Shown here one piece after another: positions 27,507 to 28,548 of a DNA stretch of 28,548 nucleotides; the stretch's first letter is position 1, and every line of letters starts with the position of its first letter. Source of the DNA: Microcystaceae cyanobacterium (GTDB taxonomy: Bacteria; Cyanobacteriota; Cyanobacteriia; Cyanobacteriales; Microcystaceae); the NCBI GenBank assembly GCA_041746575.1, contig JBGTGT010000047.1:1-28548 (forward strand), in the 5' to 3' direction. The position numbers and the translations under genes are program-made. The notes under the pieces were generated by a model, which was given only the letters and a program-made list of their open reading frames with translations, had not been told where the DNA came from and searched no databases.

Positions 27507-27545
27507 TATTGAGAATATTTTTCAATATGCTCCATTATCTTATCA
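27507..27545 (-). promoter_or_regulatory. Fur-family operator (Fur box) with extended -10 element
   Basis: Minus strand TATTGAAAAATATTCTCAATA (27527-27507), 8 of 10 arm positions paired, matching the ATTGAnAATnATTnTCAAT type. TGATAAGAT at 27545-27537 just upstream. Confidence 0.7.
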
Positions 27546-27850
27546 GAACTAATTAAAATTTTAGCCTATTAATTTTATTAAGATTATTGAAGATATTCCC
27601 TCTTTTTTCCCTGTTATACCGATGTGTGCTTGCTTGTCAAGTGGACAAAATCTCTCTCTTAACTCATGAGGTATTTGCTGATCAGAAAACTAATGGCTCT
27701 TGCTTATTGATAAGTCTTGGTAATAAAGGGTAAGCATAGGAGAAAATAATGAAGAAATGTAAAAACAAAATCAGTACCCTACGAATGAGATGATTTTGAC
27801 GCCTCATCGAGTCACAATAGAAAAAGATTGCAACAGAGTGACGAAACCCT

Positions 27851-28414
27851 ATGACGCAGATTGTCTCTATTCATTCTTAGCGAGGTGGAACGGGCAAATC
27901 CAATCTTACTGCTAATTTAGCTACCACCAAGGCGTTAGAAGGAAAACGAGTTGGCATCGTGGATACTGATATTCAATCTCCCGGTATTCATATTTTATTT
28001 CGCCTAGACGAGACGAAAATACACAAAACCCTTAATGATTATTTATGGGATAATAACTGTCAAGCGAGTCAAATTGCCTATGATGTTAGCGATGTATTGT
28101 AAAGAAGGTTCAACGACACAAAAAGGAGGTAAAATTTTCCTGATTCCTTCGAGTATGAAAAGTGAAGATATTGCGACGATTTTAAGTGAAGGTTACGATG
28201 TCGAATTACTGCAACGGGGCTTTTATGAAGTTAGCGAAGAATTCCAATTAGATTATTTATTTGTGGATACCCATCCTGAATTAAATGAAGAAACCTTACT
28301 TTCGATTGGTTTATCCAATAGTTTAGTGGTAATTTTACGGCCAGATCAACAGGATTATTTAGGCAAGGCTGTGATTGTTGAAGTGGCCAGAGAATTAGAA
28401 GTTCCTAATCTCTA
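27851..28414 (+). pseudogene. MinD/ParA-family ATPase pseudogene
   Basis: MTQIVSIHS*RGGTGKSN...VDTDIQSPGIH...LNDYLW. In-frame TAG at 27878-27880. An extra base near 28100 shifts the frame into ...DYLFVDTHPELNEETLLS...RPDQQDY. Similarity ends after LEVPNL. Confidence 0.9.
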
Positions 28415-28548
28415 CAGTTGTAGATAGAATAAAGGAGTAAAAGTAAGCCCAGGAAGGGATGAAACAAGAATCTCTGAATTTGTTTCTTAGTGGAGAGGAG
28501 CTAGAAGCTCTGTGCCTATGGAGTAATAGCCTTAAATCATTCCAGCAA
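28413..28548 (+). mobile_element. Possible left end of an IS630-like element (partial)
   Basis: Abrupt end of the pseudogene at a TA, inside the palindrome TCTACA-GT-TGTAGA. ORF from ATG 28459 (MKQESLNLFLSGEELEALCLWSNSLKSFQQ) is open to the edge and loosely resembles IS630 transposase N-termini. Confidence 0.3.

Noticed and set aside
27878..27880. TAG as a recoded or read-through codon
   Set aside because: An additional frameshift and truncation show plain pseudogenisation.
28035..28427. 130-aa ORF as an independent gene
   Set aside because: It is the frameshifted second half of the minD/parA-family pseudogene, with an out-of-frame N-terminus.

Overview
Cyanobacterial chromosomal window: about 16 HIP1 GCGATCGC octamers, plant-type ferredoxins, bvdR, cdv3. 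It is mostly housekeeping DNA. Left to right: a partial TerB/Mo-nitrogenase-C-domain gene, three small secreted-protein genes, a ClpC paralogue lacking the middle coiled coil, DUF4079, tandem petF ferredoxins, coaD-cdv3-bvdR-eda, an NAD operon (pncB-nadD-nrtR-nadE) with a perfect NrtR operator on its promoter, a VOC protein, an RRM protein, an O-methyltransferase, a split PES/ELT-like acyltransferase + hydrolase pair, a MASE1-GAF histidine kinase with an orphan WspD-type CheW, an L,D-transpeptidase, an archaeal/eukaryote-type proS, cya1 with DUF3120, a three-gene membrane-protein operon, and a minD/parA-family pseudogene cut at the right edge, possibly by an IS630-like element. The best candidate for an undescribed system is the operon at 26104-27483. 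It encodes two His-rich membrane proteins and a small one-helix protein behind a near-perfect Fur-family palindrome, and may be a metal-regulated heme/redox or metal-uptake module. No rRNA, tRNA or CRISPR array was seen. Family assignments come from motif recognition, not database searches.
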